Source of the DNA: Felis catus
Taxonomy: Eukaryota
Reading direction: 5' to 3'
NCBI RefSeq assembly: GCF_018350175.1
Contig: NC_058368.1
Coordinates: forward strand, 235,044,001 to 235,108,000
Length of the DNA stretch: 64,000 nucleotides
Part shown: one piece after another, positions 11,916 through 24,205 of the stretch
Layout: the number at the start of each line of letters is the position of its first letter
Numbering within the stretch: the first letter of the stretch is position 1
The notes under the pieces: generated by a model
The model's input: the letters and a program-made list of their open reading frames with translations, nothing else
What the model was told of the DNA's origin: nothing
The model's database searches: none
Translations under genes and position numbers: made by a program

Positions 11916-13178
11916 TAAAAAGGTAACTCTCCCTCATCCACGTGCTTACTCCTTGCCCGTCCGCTCACCACCTGAAGACCGAGGGGGCCAGGAGTGGATT
12001 TCTTTACATTCATCAGCGGCCCATAAGTGGTTATTTTATTGTGAGGCTCACGGCTGCAATTTTATTTCAAACACGCGAAAAACGATCTTAAGAGAAAAGT
12101 GCACTGGACTCGGTTTTGGAAAATGATTCAGTGCTGTCTGCCATTGGCTGTGCTTCTCGCTAGTACATAATTAAAAGGCAAAGAGAAATCCTTCCAGAAC
12201 AGCATCGTCAGGGCGCTGCAGCCACCGGTAGGGAGAGCAAATTAAAATGCACCCTTATTCTGAAGCTGGTTACTGTCGAAAAGCCCCGCCTGACACCTCA
12301 CCTCCCTGTATTTTCACCGAACTTTCGTGCCTCAGTTTTCTCGCTGCCGCTGTTCCAGCTGTTCGGAATCTCGTGTTTTCTCTTGCTGACGCCGCACATT
12401 ATGGAAGCTCCGGTTCAGATGTCTTCTTGAGGAGACGACCCACAGAATGAGGCCTTCTCCGCCCTGCTCCCCATGGACCCGGCTCACCACAGAGCTCCAG
12501 GCTGCTCAGCGTCCTGTCTCACGGCTGGAATCCTATCGTGCAGACTCGAATGGAGGAGACATATGACACTTCAGAGACTCTACTGGGCTTTCTTTCGGAA
12601 TTAAATAGGAAATGCCGTTGTAGCTATGGTGAGATTCATTTATCCTACCTATTACTCCACTAGAACACGACTCTGTAAAGAAAGAGATGGGCCTTCGTTT
12701 TGTATCTTCTTCGGGTCCCGCCCAGTACTCATCTGTGCATGAGTATTGAGTAATGGCTGTTGAGTTGTTTTAGCTTAAGTAGCTTTGCTCACGGTTTTTG
12801 TTTTCCATATAGGGTATTCTTTTCTGCCAAAACAATGCCCCCACCCCCTCTCAGAGATGTCCGTCCCTAATCCCTGGGATCTGTGAGCATGTCACCTTAC
12901 ATGGCAATGGGAACCTTGTAGGTGTGATTAAGATGACCAACTTTGAGATGGGGAGATTATCCTGGCTTATCCCACGGGGCTTAAGCTAATCATACCAGCT
13001 CTTAATATCAGAGAACGTTTCCTGGCTCTGGTCAGAGATGGATTTGGTGACGGAGGAAGGTCAGAGAGATGTAACATGAGGACTTGACTCATCATGGCTG
13101 ATTCCGAAGACAGAAGAGGGGAGCAGGATACAAGGAATGCGTCTAGAAGCTGGGAAGGTCAAGGAATGGATTTTTCCC

Positions 13179-14155
13179 GTATTAGTTTTCCAGGATTGTT
13201 ATAACAAATAACCATAAATGCAGGTGACTTCAAAATAACTGAAAATTATTGTCTCACGGTTCAAGAGGCAGAGAGTTCACATGCAAGATGTTGGCAGAGC
13301 CATCCCTTCTTTGAAGCCTCTAGGAGAGGATCCTTTCTTGCCTCTTCCAGCTGTTGGTGATTGCCGGTGTAGGGGTCAAGGGCAGTCCGCCCTAAGATGG
13401 GCCACTCTGATGTGCTGATGATGCCAAGTTGAAAATAATCAAGGTCTAAAAGATTCAGGAAGAAACTCTGCACAACTGCCTAGAAAATTTTAGATAGAGC
13501 ACTTGTTCTGTAAAGAGATCCATCACCATAGGTAACCACAATGTACTATGAACTAGGGATGACGGACAAGGAGGAACCCAGCAAAGCCTGTTTCCGCAAG
13601 GACCTCGATGTCCCACTGTTTCTCAGTAGCCCAGCACACGTTTGTGTACCAAACATTCACTCTATTTCTTCTTCTTGTGAGTTGCATTCCCTCCCTTTGA
13701 AGTCCCAGGCCCCTGCCCCTTCTCCTTAATTCAGGATGACATATATACATCATTTAGCCTGACGATCTTCGGAATTTGTGTCTATGTGGGCTCCCCGTAC
13801 GTACAAAATTAAATTTTATTTTCTCCAGTTAATCTGTCTCCTGTCAATTTGACTCTTAATCCAGCTAGATGAACCTTGAAGGACATCGGAGATTTTTCCT
13901 CCCCCGCTCTGGTGGTCCTTGACATCCCTTGGTGCGTAGAGGCGTTTCTTCCTCACAACGTGTTCTCCCTGCGTCTCTCTATGTCTCCGTGTCAGCCTCT
14001 TTTAAGATCATCAAACACTGTATTATGGCCCATGCCAACCCAGTATGATATCACCTTCATTTCACTAATTACATCTACAAAGACCCTATTTCCAGAAGGG
14101 TCACATTCTGAGGTTCCAGGCAGACATCAATTTTGAAGGGATACCATTCAATGGC
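13179..14155 (-). mobile_element. MaLR LTR (MLT1B/C-like), split into 13179-13367 and 13908-14155
   Basis: GTATTAGTTTTCCAGG...TCCTTTCTTGCCTCTTCCAGCT...; resumes with CCTTGACATCCCTTGG...ACATCTACAAAGACCCTATTTCCA...GTCACATTCTGAGGT. Confidence 0.75.
13368..13907 (+). mobile_element. ERV solo LTR (ERV1/carnivore LTR-like) nested in MLT1
   Basis: Begins TGTAGGGG exactly where MLT1 homology breaks; contains TATA-like ATATATA, ATTAAA and GTTAATCTGTCT segment typical of ERV1-class LTRs; ~540 bp. Confidence 0.65.
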
Positions 14156-14979
14156 AGATCGTCCTTTAGAGCCTTCAGAAGGAACACGGCCCTGACAATA
14201 TTTTATTTTCATCCAGTAAGAACCATTTTGTATTTCATCTTCCATAACCGCAAAACAAACGAACAAAAATGTGTGTTTTGCTCAAGCCGCTACATTCATG
14301 GAAATTTGTGCCGGCAGCCATAGGAACCTAGACCATCCAGGCTGAGGTCACCAATTCTCCTTATTACCAACCACACACATCCCGCACTCTCTCTATTCAC
14401 CGAGGACAACGTATTCTTAACTACAACAGAGTAATGGTAAGTCACTGCCAGTGATCTCTTTAATAAATTGCAGCAAAGGGCGCCACAAAGTTCTGTCGAG
14501 TTCTCCTGCACTTTCTGTCAGTGTTAAAGTATACACAACCATGTCATTACCCTAAGAGCATTGCTTTGAGACCATAAAACTGGCTATACACCTGTACCAC
14601 CCTTGGAGCATCTCGGAGCTGATCTACTGAGCTCCTCGGCTCTGATTCTCCCATACTCTGTCCTTCATTACAACCCCTCGAATCCTGGGGAACAATGACA
14701 GCAAACAGTGATTTTTCTTTTTTCACAGGCAAATCTGAGACATTCAGACACTACGGCTGAGCTACCAGGGGCCGTAATAGATGCAAATTCTACATATCTT
14801 TAAAAGAAACAGTCACTCATTTATCAACACCGCTCTAAAAATACCATCAAATCCTGCCCAGTCTTTTCCATTTGAGCTGCTCCTAGTTCAACCAAGGGAT
14901 TAAAAAAAAAAAAAAGGCAGCAAATAAAACACAGCTATGGGAGGGGGACACAGGGACCCCAGGCCTGGGAAAGTCCTAA

Positions 14980-15013
14980 TTTTTTAAAAATGTTTTCTAA
15001 GTTTATTTATTTT

Positions 15014-15058
<45 letters not shown>

Positions 15059-15202
15059 CAAGCAGGAGAGGGGCAGAGAGAGAAGGAGAGAGAATCCCAA
15101 GCAGGCTCCACACTGTCAGCCAGATGCCACGAACCGTGAGATCATGACCTGAGCTGAAACCAAGAGCTGGACGCTCAACCAACAGAGCCCCCCAGGCGCC
15201 CC
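14980..15202 (-). mobile_element. Can-SINE with long (GA)n and internal deletion
   Basis: Reverse SINE ending CCCAGGCGCCCC; TSD CTGGGAAAGT(C/G)CTAATTT. Confidence 0.92.
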
Positions 15203-15612
15203 TGGGAAAGTGCTAATTTGAGAGGCATGGTCACCCTGTCATGATAGGCCATTCTGATCACTGCAGTCCCCAAAACCGCCTGAGAACACAGAACTGAGTC
15301 CTTTAGCAGATGGCCAAGTCCTATCAATTTGTCTGTTTGCCCAATAACATAACAATCCGTACCGCGAGCTCATGGTAACTTCCCGAAGTTAGAATTCTCA
15401 TCTCACGTTATGTGCTTGAGATGAGAGGATTAGGATATGGGATCATAATACATTCTTTCAATATAGAATGGTTACCCTCTAAAACACAGTAGCTCTCTGT
15501 CAGAAATCAGGGGAAATTCCTGGGGAGGAATTTGGAAAGCCTGGTCCTGTTCGGAGCTTAGTGCATTTTTGTCTCAGAAATTTTGACTCATATACATAAC
15601 TGTATATATATT

Positions 15613-15673
15613 TGTGTGTGTGTGTCTGTGTGTGTGTGTGTTAGGCACACACACACACAGACACACACACACA
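15613..15673. repeat. Inverted (TG)n/(CA)n microsatellite palindrome
   Basis: 15613-15640 is the exact reverse complement of 15646-15673; 5-nt spacer TTAGG. Confidence 0.93.
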
Positions 15674-16039
15674 GACACATACACACACAAGAAATACACA
15701 CAGGATACGGCCCACACACGTATACGAGAAGACCACGTGACTGTATATATTTTCTGACACACATCACAGAAAACGGCATTGCGTAAATTCTACGCTGTAT
15801 GTGTGTGTTTGGGGTCAATGAATTTCTATATTAAGCCCTGCAAATGAGATCAGGACTCTTAGCAGATTAGCAAAGGCAGAGCAGTGGATAAATTTCGTCT
15901 CTGACACGGTCTCCTGGGAAGCTTCTCAGCAGTTTAATATGAAATGGGGAGCAAGATGATTTCCGAAGCGAACCCCATCTGCCCGTGTGTCCTTACCAAA
16001 GCGTGCGATGAGATTCGTCCCTAGTAGATTAATGGTCCG

Positions 16040-17060
16040 GTTCGTTTTATTGCGTAGAAGGAAATGAGACCAATAATAATGGGCCACATTCAGGCTGCAG
16101 TGTCACCGGGGAGGGTGCAGACGCTTCCCCTTCCCCGGGAGAACGGGGTGCCGGGCTTGGCCGCAGCTCCCGAGAGTCCCCGGCCCCGGAAGGCCTTACT
16201 GGGCGGGGGTCTCCGTAAAGCAAGAGCTGTTGTAAAACTAACATCCAGTGCCAAGTGCAAAATGTACATCAGCACCCGCGCCTGGAGGCTGCAAGTGGAC
16301 AACCAGGTGACAGAAATTAATGTCCCCGCGCCTGCCCGTCTCGAAGCTAGTTAGCAGGCTGAGGGACTGCCGGGTTTTCCCTCTGGGCTAAGACTCCAGC
16401 CAGGCTAGCCGATGTCTCTGGCTGGGCCCCTCCGAATTTCCAGGGCAGCAGCCTTATCCGTGGTGCCACGTTACGGGAAAACAACGCGGTGGTGACATCC
16501 ACCACGTCCCACGGTCAAAGGCCCGGTGAGCCCGCCCGGACCGTGTGTCCGGCTCAGAGCCCGGAGGGCCGACCTGGCCAGGGCGAGGGGGCCCGGCCCG
16601 AACGCGGTGTGTGCTCTGCCTTTTATACGTGGCGTTGACAACCTCGGAGATATCTGGGGAGTCTTTTCCTCCCGCTGCACACAGACATGCCATTGTTTTT
16701 TCAAAGCATTCCCTGATCATTTCCCCAGACTCTTTGCTAGTGAGTTCCCTGCGTGCAGTCACGGGAAAATGCGGTAACGACCGTACATCTCTCTGCCAAT
16801 GTCGCGTGAAGTCTTACTATCATAGCATCCGTATCTCAAACAGAAAAATAAAGAGCCCCTCCTCCCCCCTCAGTAAATCAGAATGTCACGTCGGGGCCCC
16901 ACGGCTCAGGTCTTTGGGAGAAGAAGGAGGCCATCGAGAAGGACCCCGTTGTCCGGGTCACGGAGCACGGTGGCGTGGGGGGGTGCGGGGGGCAGTGACA
17001 CTCTTCTCTCATTTCTCAGCCTGTGGGAGGCCCAGGCAAGGGGAGCGTCCCCAGACTTTA
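16040..17060. promoter_or_regulatory. CpG-rich island, candidate promoter (minus-strand TATAAAAG at 16620-16627)
   Basis: High GC and CpG density in unique sequence; GC box GGGCGGGG near 16201; perfect TATAAAAG on the minus strand. Confidence 0.5.
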
Positions 17061-17254
17061 CCTCTGGCCAGGTAACCTGGTGGTCTGCCTTTTTCAAGCT
17101 CCACGATGTACAATTACCACCACATAGATTTTGTTAACCAAAATTGATTTTAATTTGCTTTTACAGCAGCTGGGCCCAGCAGGCTGAGAGTGTACCCATT
17201 AGAACAGGCTTGTCAGAAGAGGGTTGGGAAACAGGTCTTTAAAATAACAGTCGC

Positions 17255-17478
17255 GGGGCGCCTGGGTGGCTCGGTCAGTTAATTGTCCGACTTCGGCTCA
17301 GGTCATGATCTCACGGTCCGTGAGTTCGAGCCCCATGTCAGGCTCTGTGCTGACAGCTCAGAGCCTGGAGCCCATTTCAGATTCTGTGTCTTCCTCTCTC
17401 TCTCTGCTCCTCCCCTGCTCATGCTCTGTCTCTCTCTGTCTCAAAAATAAATAAACGTTAAAAAAAAATTAAAAAAAA
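17255..17478 (+). mobile_element. Can-SINE
   Basis: Full-length head, body and A tail; TSD AAAATAACAGT. Confidence 0.95.
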
Positions 17479-18589
17479 ATAACAGTTGCTAATATTAATC
17501 CCAGCCTCGCAGCACAGCCCAGGTATTGGTTTTCTCGATCGCCGTGGAAGCCGCGGGGAAGCGGCAGGAAAACAGGTCCCCCTTTATTTTCTGACCGAGA
17601 GAGAGGACCCCGGCAGGGTGAGGTGGCCCTGCAGAGTTTCTGGGGCTGGACACTGGGGTCCACCCAGGAAGTCACGCCACCTGGTGCGAGCCCCCTTCCG
17701 TGAATATTTGTGGGGTCCAGCCCCTACCCTCAGAGCCCCACTTCTCCCATCTGTGGGAACACCGGCCGCAGCTTCCGGTCTGTAAGTTCAACTTTGACAT
17801 CACTCAGTCCTTTGATTCTGCTTTTTAAAAAGGTGACACCGTGTATAAAAGAGCCCCTGCACTTAAATAATTTGTGGACGGGAAGGCAAAATGAGAAGAC
17901 GCTGAATTTGTGCTCACAGAGTGGACGACATCTGCTCCCAGGAAAACAAAGGGCTGTAAATACCAATATGAGACAAGAATCCCAGGCTCTCCTCCTCCAC
18001 TGGGGTATTTCAGACCCAGGGATTTAATGGTTGGCAAGACCAAGTTCTGGTAATTAGTCCTTTACCCATGGAAGACGGAGGCTTTATTATTTGCAAGCCT
18101 TTAATGTCTAATTATTTACAGAACATTTAGTCGGAGGCGGAGAGACCATGAAAGAGACACATGACCTTCAGGCTCCTTGTAAAGCAGACTTCTGGGGGGC
18201 GGGGAGGGGGGGTGTTGCTGAAACAGACCTGCTCACAGGAAATCCCAGTGGTTTTTCTTTCAAACAAGTGCACAGCATCCAACTTAATTATCTCCCAGCC
18301 AGGGTGCAGGGGGATCCTGGGGGAGGGTCCCCGGGCATGACTGTTTCTCAGTGTTACCTTCGCTGTTGCTGACAAGTACCAATTAAAGGACACAAAGAAA
18401 ACGTGTATTTTCAGGTTGGGGAGCTAATGTGGGCCAGACCCAGCTACTTTCAGCTGAGCGCATGCGCTCTCGATGTGTGGGATGGAAGGGCGCCTGAGAA
18501 CAGGCCGTCGCATCTCTCCATCCTCCAAGTTGCTTCCACGTGTGCGAAGCTAGAACAAGGAAGGTTAAAAGACAGGTATGATCACGAAT

Positions 18590-18970
18590 ATTCTTTATCA
18601 GCTTTATCGACTTGTAACTCACAAGCCGTACGATTCACTCGTGGAAAGCGTGCAAATTCAGCGACCCTTGGTAACTCCGCAGGTGGGTGCCACCGTCACC
18701 GGAGTCAGTTCTAGAACGTTTCCGCCACCCCAGAAAGAATGCCATACCCTTTGGTTACGACCCCTCCCCCTGCCCCCTCCCTCGCCAACCACCGGCCTGC
18801 TTCACGTCTCTCCAGATCTGCCTATTCTGGACCTTTCGTGCCAGCGGACTCACATACCCTGTGTTCTCTGCACCCGGCTTCTGTCACTCAGCACCACGTT
18901 TTCAGGGTCCGTCGTGTTGTGCCACGTGTCGGCGCTCCGCGCCCTGTTGTGGCAGAACAGCGTCCTGTTG
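18590..18970 (-). mobile_element. Old LINE-1 3' end (L1MB-like), strongly GC-shifted
   Basis: Collinear with the L1MB 3' end on the reverse strand: CAGCTTTAT..., TTCTAGAACGTTTCC..CCCCAGAAAGAA, GATCTGCCTATTCTGGACCTTTC, GGCTTCTGTCACTCAGCA. Confidence 0.75.
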
Positions 18971-19349
18971 CCTTCAAACCTCCGCACACGGGCCTGGCAC
19001 TCGAGTCCTTCGGAGCAGCGCAGAATCACCACAAGCGGAGCCCATCGCCATCCGGGGACAGTCGCGTGGCTCACACGACTGGGTGGACCAAGCGGTCCTT
19101 CCGCTGCACGTAAAGGGCTACCCCTGCAGCGCCCACACGTGACCTGGACTTGCCGGGTTACCGATTTTTCCGCTGAGTGTCTCCGGGAGGTATGGCCCGG
19201 GGCGCCCTTCTCTTCCCAGCTGAGCCAAGTCATGTGACAGGGCCGCCGGTTCGTCCCTTCAGCTCTGCAAACCTCATCTATAAAAATGCTGCAGCAAAAA
19301 TAAAATAGCACAATGACTGATACCGGGTAACTGCCCGTCCCTGTGAGTT

Positions 19350-19892
19350 CTCTCCCTCCCTCCCCTCCCTTCCCTTCTTTCCTTGCTTTCTTGCTTCCTT
19401 CCTTTCTTCCTTCAGGCTCTTCCCTCCCTTCCTTCCCTTCTTTCCTTCCTTCCTTCCTTCCTTCCTTCCTTCCTTCCTTCCGGCTCTTCCCTCCTTTCCT
19501 TCCTTCCTTCCCTCCTTCCTTCCTTCCTTTCGGCTCTTCCTTCTTTTCCTTCCTTCCTTCCTTCCCTTCTTTCTTTCCTTCCTTCCTTCCTTCCTTCCTT
19601 CCTTCCTTCCTTCCTTCCTTTCGGCTCTTCCCTCCTTTCCTTCCTTCCTTCCCTCCTTCCTTCCTTCCTTTCGGCTCTTCCTTCTTTTCCTTCCTTCCTT
19701 CCTTCCCTTCTTTCTTTCCTTCCTTCCTTCCTTCCTTCCTTCCTTCCTTCCTTCGTTCCTTTTGGCTCCTCCTTCCTTTCCTTCCTTCCTTCCTTCCTTC
19801 CTTCCTTCCTTCCTTCCTTCCTTCCTTCTTTCCTTCCGGCTCTTCCTTCCGTTCCTTCCTTCCTTCCTTCCTCCCTCCCTCCCTCCCTCCCC
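19350..19892. repeat. (CCTT)n/(AAGG)n complex microsatellite with a ~141-bp higher-order duplication
   Basis: ~540 bp polypyrimidine tract; block CGGCTCTTCCCTCCTTTCC... occurs at 19481 and 19622. Confidence 0.95.
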
Positions 19893-20271
19893 AGGTGAAT
19901 GTGACATCACGGTGACCAATCAACTTATTCAGCTCACTCAATGGAAAGAAGAAAAGTTGGGACTTGCCCTCTGACGTTTTAATTAAAATTCTAATGATCT
20001 TTTTTGCCACACCAGAGTTGGGCTTGGATGACGTTTTTATTGGTTGGAAACATGAAATATGAGAAAATGTAGGACTCTGGTGGACTGCTAATTAAATGTA
20101 TTCATGAAGTTTTTTTTTTTTCTTAAATACAGAGATGAGTTTCTTACCTTGTAATATTAAAATGTTGGTGAGTTCGTTGTTTTGTGATTATTATCATGGT
20201 CATACTGCCAGTCTCATTGTGGTCATAGTTGTGTAAAATGCAAAATTTCTGGCATCCGCTGACCTAGACGG

Positions 20272-20470
20272 CAGGGATTGATAAATTTTGCCTGTAAAGG
20301 GCCAGATAGTAAATAGTGTCATTTTGGCAGGCCGCGTGGACTCTGTCACAAGTACACAACGCTGCTTATAGACAAAAGTAGATGTGGCAATGGTTAGGCA
20401 AGAGGTGTGAGTGGTCAGACTTTGCCCACCCCCGACCCAGAGGGTCACCAGAATGCCATGCCAACCTCTG
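20272..20470 (+). mobile_element. hAT-Charlie MITE (MER58A-like)
   Basis: CAGGG...CTGTAAAGGGCCAGATAGTAAATA...CTCTGTCACAAGTACACAAC; degenerate terminal GCCAACCTCTG. Confidence 0.75.
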
Positions 20471-21359
20471 GACACACGGAAGTGGCCACTTAGAGTAAGG
20501 ACACCACCCTCCCTGTAGGGGATGCGGAAAGGACAACAGATGTAACATCCACTTAGTCATTACTGATAATTTTCTTGAAGCTGAATGACAAGGGTGATGG
20601 GTGGTGTCACCCGTGAGGATGATGGTTGATAAGTGACTCACTAAAACTGGCCCCAAAGAGAGACAAGAACATCCAGTAGATTATGGCTGGACCCGTGGCT
20701 TCCTGCCAGGAAGAGCCACACCAAGTGACTTGAGTGGAGCACAGAGTCCTCTGGATAAGGAAGGATAGCAATGTTCTGAGGCACGCTCAGAGGTGGGAGA
20801 GAAACAGAAGAGGGAAAGACCCCGGATAAAGGTGGGGAAGACCCAGTCAGGGGAGCGGCCATGTGCGAAGGGACCAGGCCCACAGAACCCTGTCCTCACC
20901 GGCTAGTGTTGGTGGGGTGAAACTCTAACTCTCATGAGCTCGCAGGAGCAGGGGGGACCCCTAGTGAGGGCTCTTTTTGGCAGTCATGTAGAGTTTTGTG
21001 ACCTTTGCTGTGGGACACCTACTGGTTGCTCATCATTTCACTCATAACACATTCTGGTCAATATTCTTTCAGGTGGACTGGTTTGCTTGGGTCCAGTTGG
21101 AGGTTCGAGCTTGCAGACATAATACCCACATTACTTGTACCATAAACTGAGCACATATCTATTGGGCACCTCCTACTGCTAGACACTATTCTAGTATTGG
21201 ATTTCCTGACGTGAGGATTGCATACACGGAAAGACATAGTAATAAATACAAGTCACGGCAATAAGATCCTACCAGATCTGTCCGTCTGGACGATCGTGTC
21301 TTGAAGGTAAATGCCGTGATCAAACTGGCACCTAAGGAAATGAGGCTGGAGGCTTGGTG

Positions 21360-21875
21360 TGTTGGTTAGCCACTGCTGTATCACAAATCGCCTAAAACTT
21401 ACAGGCTTAAACAGGTAACCCCCACACTTTCTGTAGGTCAGGAATCTGGGATTGGTTTAACTAGGTGGTCCTGGCTAAGGTTCTTTTGTGGGGTTCTATT
21501 TGATCTGTGGACTGGAGTCATCTGGGGATTCAGCAGGGACTGCTTCCAAATCCATTCATGTGAGCATTGGCAGGGCTCAGTTTGCTGATGGCTATAAGTC
21601 AGAGACTTCAGTTCCTCACCACGTAGGTCTCTCCCAGGGCTGTTCACATACAACATCACAGCTGGCCTTCCCAGAGTGAGCCAGCTAAGAGAGAAGGAGA
21701 GAGAGAGTGCTGCTGGGAAAGTTAAGTCATTTTATGACCAAACTTGGGAAGGGACATCATTGCCTCTGCCATACGGTCCCAGCCTCACAGACCAGCCCTG
21801 GTAGGATACGGAAGAGGGCTTCACAAGGATGTGACAGCAAGGAGGTGAGATTCATCTTGAAGGCTGCTTACCACA
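21360..21875 (-). mobile_element. MaLR LTR (MLT1F/G/H-like)
   Basis: CTGTAGGTCAGGAATCTGGG...GGTGGTCCTGGCT...CAGTTCCTCACCACGT...AGGCTGCTTACCACA end. Confidence 0.7.
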
Positions 21876-23299
21876 CCCAGGTTAGCATCAGAATGAACCC
21901 ATCTCTAGGCAGTGTCCAGGCCCAACTATAGGAAGGTATCCTGATGCTTGAGAACGGATCAAGATGGGTCCATGTCGCTGGGAACAGGGACAATGTACCA
22001 GCTGTGGGCAATCCCAAAGGCCGAACTGAAGGGCAGCCCATCATCTCTCTGCTCCTTGGGGGAGGTAGCATGAAGCCGCACACACCGACATTGACGTACA
22101 ATAAGAACATTCACTCTTTTTTGGCAACTGAGAAAACAGCCGTGAGCATGTGGGCTGCGTGTGTGGCAAGGAAGGGAAACTGGTAAGAAGAACAAAATTG
22201 GAGAGATGGAAAACAATCTTTTTGGAAACTCTAAGACATTGGTACGGGTAGAAAAAATAACATCCATCACCCATAAACAATGTAGACAACGTAACGTAAC
22301 ATAAGAGATACTACTTTGGAAAGCTCACTACATCACAAAAGTGGATGTGTCCCTGTGTCGGACAAAGTCACTGGCTTTTTGATCATGAATGTCTGAATAA
22401 TTACCCTCCCTAAGACCCACGGGTGTGTCTGTGGGAACAGACCGGAAGTGAGCCTGTTCCCATGCACCCCGCCCCCCCCCCCCATGAGTTATCTCCTGCT
22501 GAGCAAAATGGCCACTGTCCCCAGCCGGGTGCCTTTGTCTCCCTCTGATTCTTTCTATGGGAAGATGAGCGGGGGATACACACTTTACCAGGAGGAAAAT
22601 GGAGACATGCTTCCTCTGAGGGCCACATATGCCATCTGGTGAGTGAAAAGTTGCCAGAGCAGCACGAGGAAGCCACGTGCATCCGTGGGTCACGCTCACT
22701 AATAGGTCCCGCAGATGACGCTCAGCAGGAAAGCCCAGCATAAGCAGCAGGTGAGAGGCCAGGAGAAATCCCTGGGATTCTGGGGGTCCAGGAAGATCTC
22801 AGCGGACGCCACAGCCACTGCTACCCGAACTTGAAATTGCGGTATGAAAGAGCCGCTCGTGGGGAAGGCGAGGGAGGGCCTCGGGTGCTCTCAACATTCT
22901 GTGCACTTAAAATCATGGCCGATCCTGACTTTAGGGAACTTACTTGATCCCCTTAGCATGCAACTCAAAGTTCTGAAAAGTTCCCCATGTTAGAAATTGG
23001 TTCAACTTAACACAGTGTCTATTTCCTTGCCTGTTTTTGTCAGAAGTGGCCATTCCCAGCCATTAAAATCTGCCGTCAGGGCCTGGAAGTAAGGCTTACA
23101 AAAACATTATGACTTTCAATGGAGACGAAAACGGGGTGGAAAACTTTGGGGGTCCCCAGGAGAAAGCACTGTGAGTGGAAGATAAAGAGGCTCCAGGCAC
23201 TTGGGGACAAGATGGGGACCCCCAGAGGGATGTAGGGAAAGTCCTTCCTAAAAAAAGACACCATTTACCCTCCATTGGTCTGTATCACGTAAAGCTAAG

Positions 23300-23460
23300 A
23301 TTCCTAAATTTCGGTGTATCTTCAAATTACCCGGAGGGACTTTAAAAAATGTCAAGACTCTACCCCTGGAGACTAACAGGGTTGGGAAAGGGCCCAAGTA
23401 TGTGCGCTTTCAACAGATGCCCCAGGTGTTTAAGTATGGAGGCCAAAGGTCCCGTCTGGG
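23300..23460. mobile_element. hAT-Charlie MITE remnant (MER5-like)
   Basis: TCAAATTACCCGGAGGGACTTTAAAAAAT...GGGCCCAAGTATGTGCGCTTTCAACAGATGCCCCAGGTG resembles MER5. Confidence 0.55.
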
Positions 23461-23989
23461 GAAATACGATATGAGAAAACACGTGCGTGAGTTGGATGGG
23501 GAGTGGTGGTCAAAGATGGTCCACGGGACGGTGATCAGAAAGGGCTGTGCTTAGCCAGTGAGTTACAGAATTTGGAAAAGTCTCAGTCATCACACCTTGA
23601 ATCAGGTCCAAGAACTGTTGTTAAAACACTCAGGAGCATTTCTGGACGATCCAGGCCAAGGCACGTTCCGCCACCCTCTTTGTCACGTGCATCCTCGAGA
23701 TGTGAGAACCGGGTCTCTGGGAGCACCCGTGATGAGTAAAGTGCTCACGCTCATGGCTCACCTTCTTTGTAATTAGACACATTCTTAATCCCTAAGTGTT
23801 TTACAAAAACCTTTCCAGTGTGAAATTGTGAAACAGTGTTTTGGCATTTGCTCTGGACACATTTGCACCCCATCAATGGTAACTGTTAATTAAGCAAGAG
23901 AGGAAAATCCCAAAGACTATCTGAGGAAGAATTCTGTTGGAATTCACGTAAAGTAGCATAAAGAATCACCTTCTCTTTGTTATAAATAA

Positions 23990-24205
23990 AAGGAAAGGAA
24001 AGGAAAGGAAAGGAAAGGAAAGGAAAGGAAAGGAAAGGAAGTGAAATAATAAAATAAAATAAAATAAAATAAATAAAATAAAATAAAAACAAAATAAAAA
24101 TAAAATAATAAAATAAAATAAATAAAATAAAAAATAAAGTAAAATAAATAAAATAAAAACATAAAATAAATAAAATAAAAAATAAAAGTAAAATAAAATA
24201 AAATA
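23990..24205. repeat. Compound (GGAAA)n + (AAAAT)n microsatellite
   Basis: About 10 GGAAA units followed by ~160 bp of imperfect AAAAT units. Confidence 0.95.

Larger units (their letters stand above)
12825..14335 (+). mobile_element. MaLR LTR (MLT1D/E-like), split into 12825-13178 and 14162-14335 by nested insertions
   Basis: GTCCCTAATCCCTGGGATCTGTGAGCATGTCACCTTACATGGCAA...CTAGAAGCTGGGAAGGTCAAGGAATGGATTTTTCCC resumes at TAGAGCCTTCAGAAGGAACACGGCCCTG...GCAGCCATAGGAACCTAGAC. Confidence 0.75.

Noticed and set aside
15376..15426. Two small hairpins (TAACTTC/GAAGTTA and TCTCATCTCA/TGAGATGAGA)
   Set aside because: Stems of 7-10 bp are too short to call a structured RNA.
18850..20010. 386-aa minus-strand ORF and overlapping 171-213 aa ORFs
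   Set aside because: They are translations of the stop-free (AAGG)n/(CCTT)n tract (KEGR and PSFL repeats), not genes.
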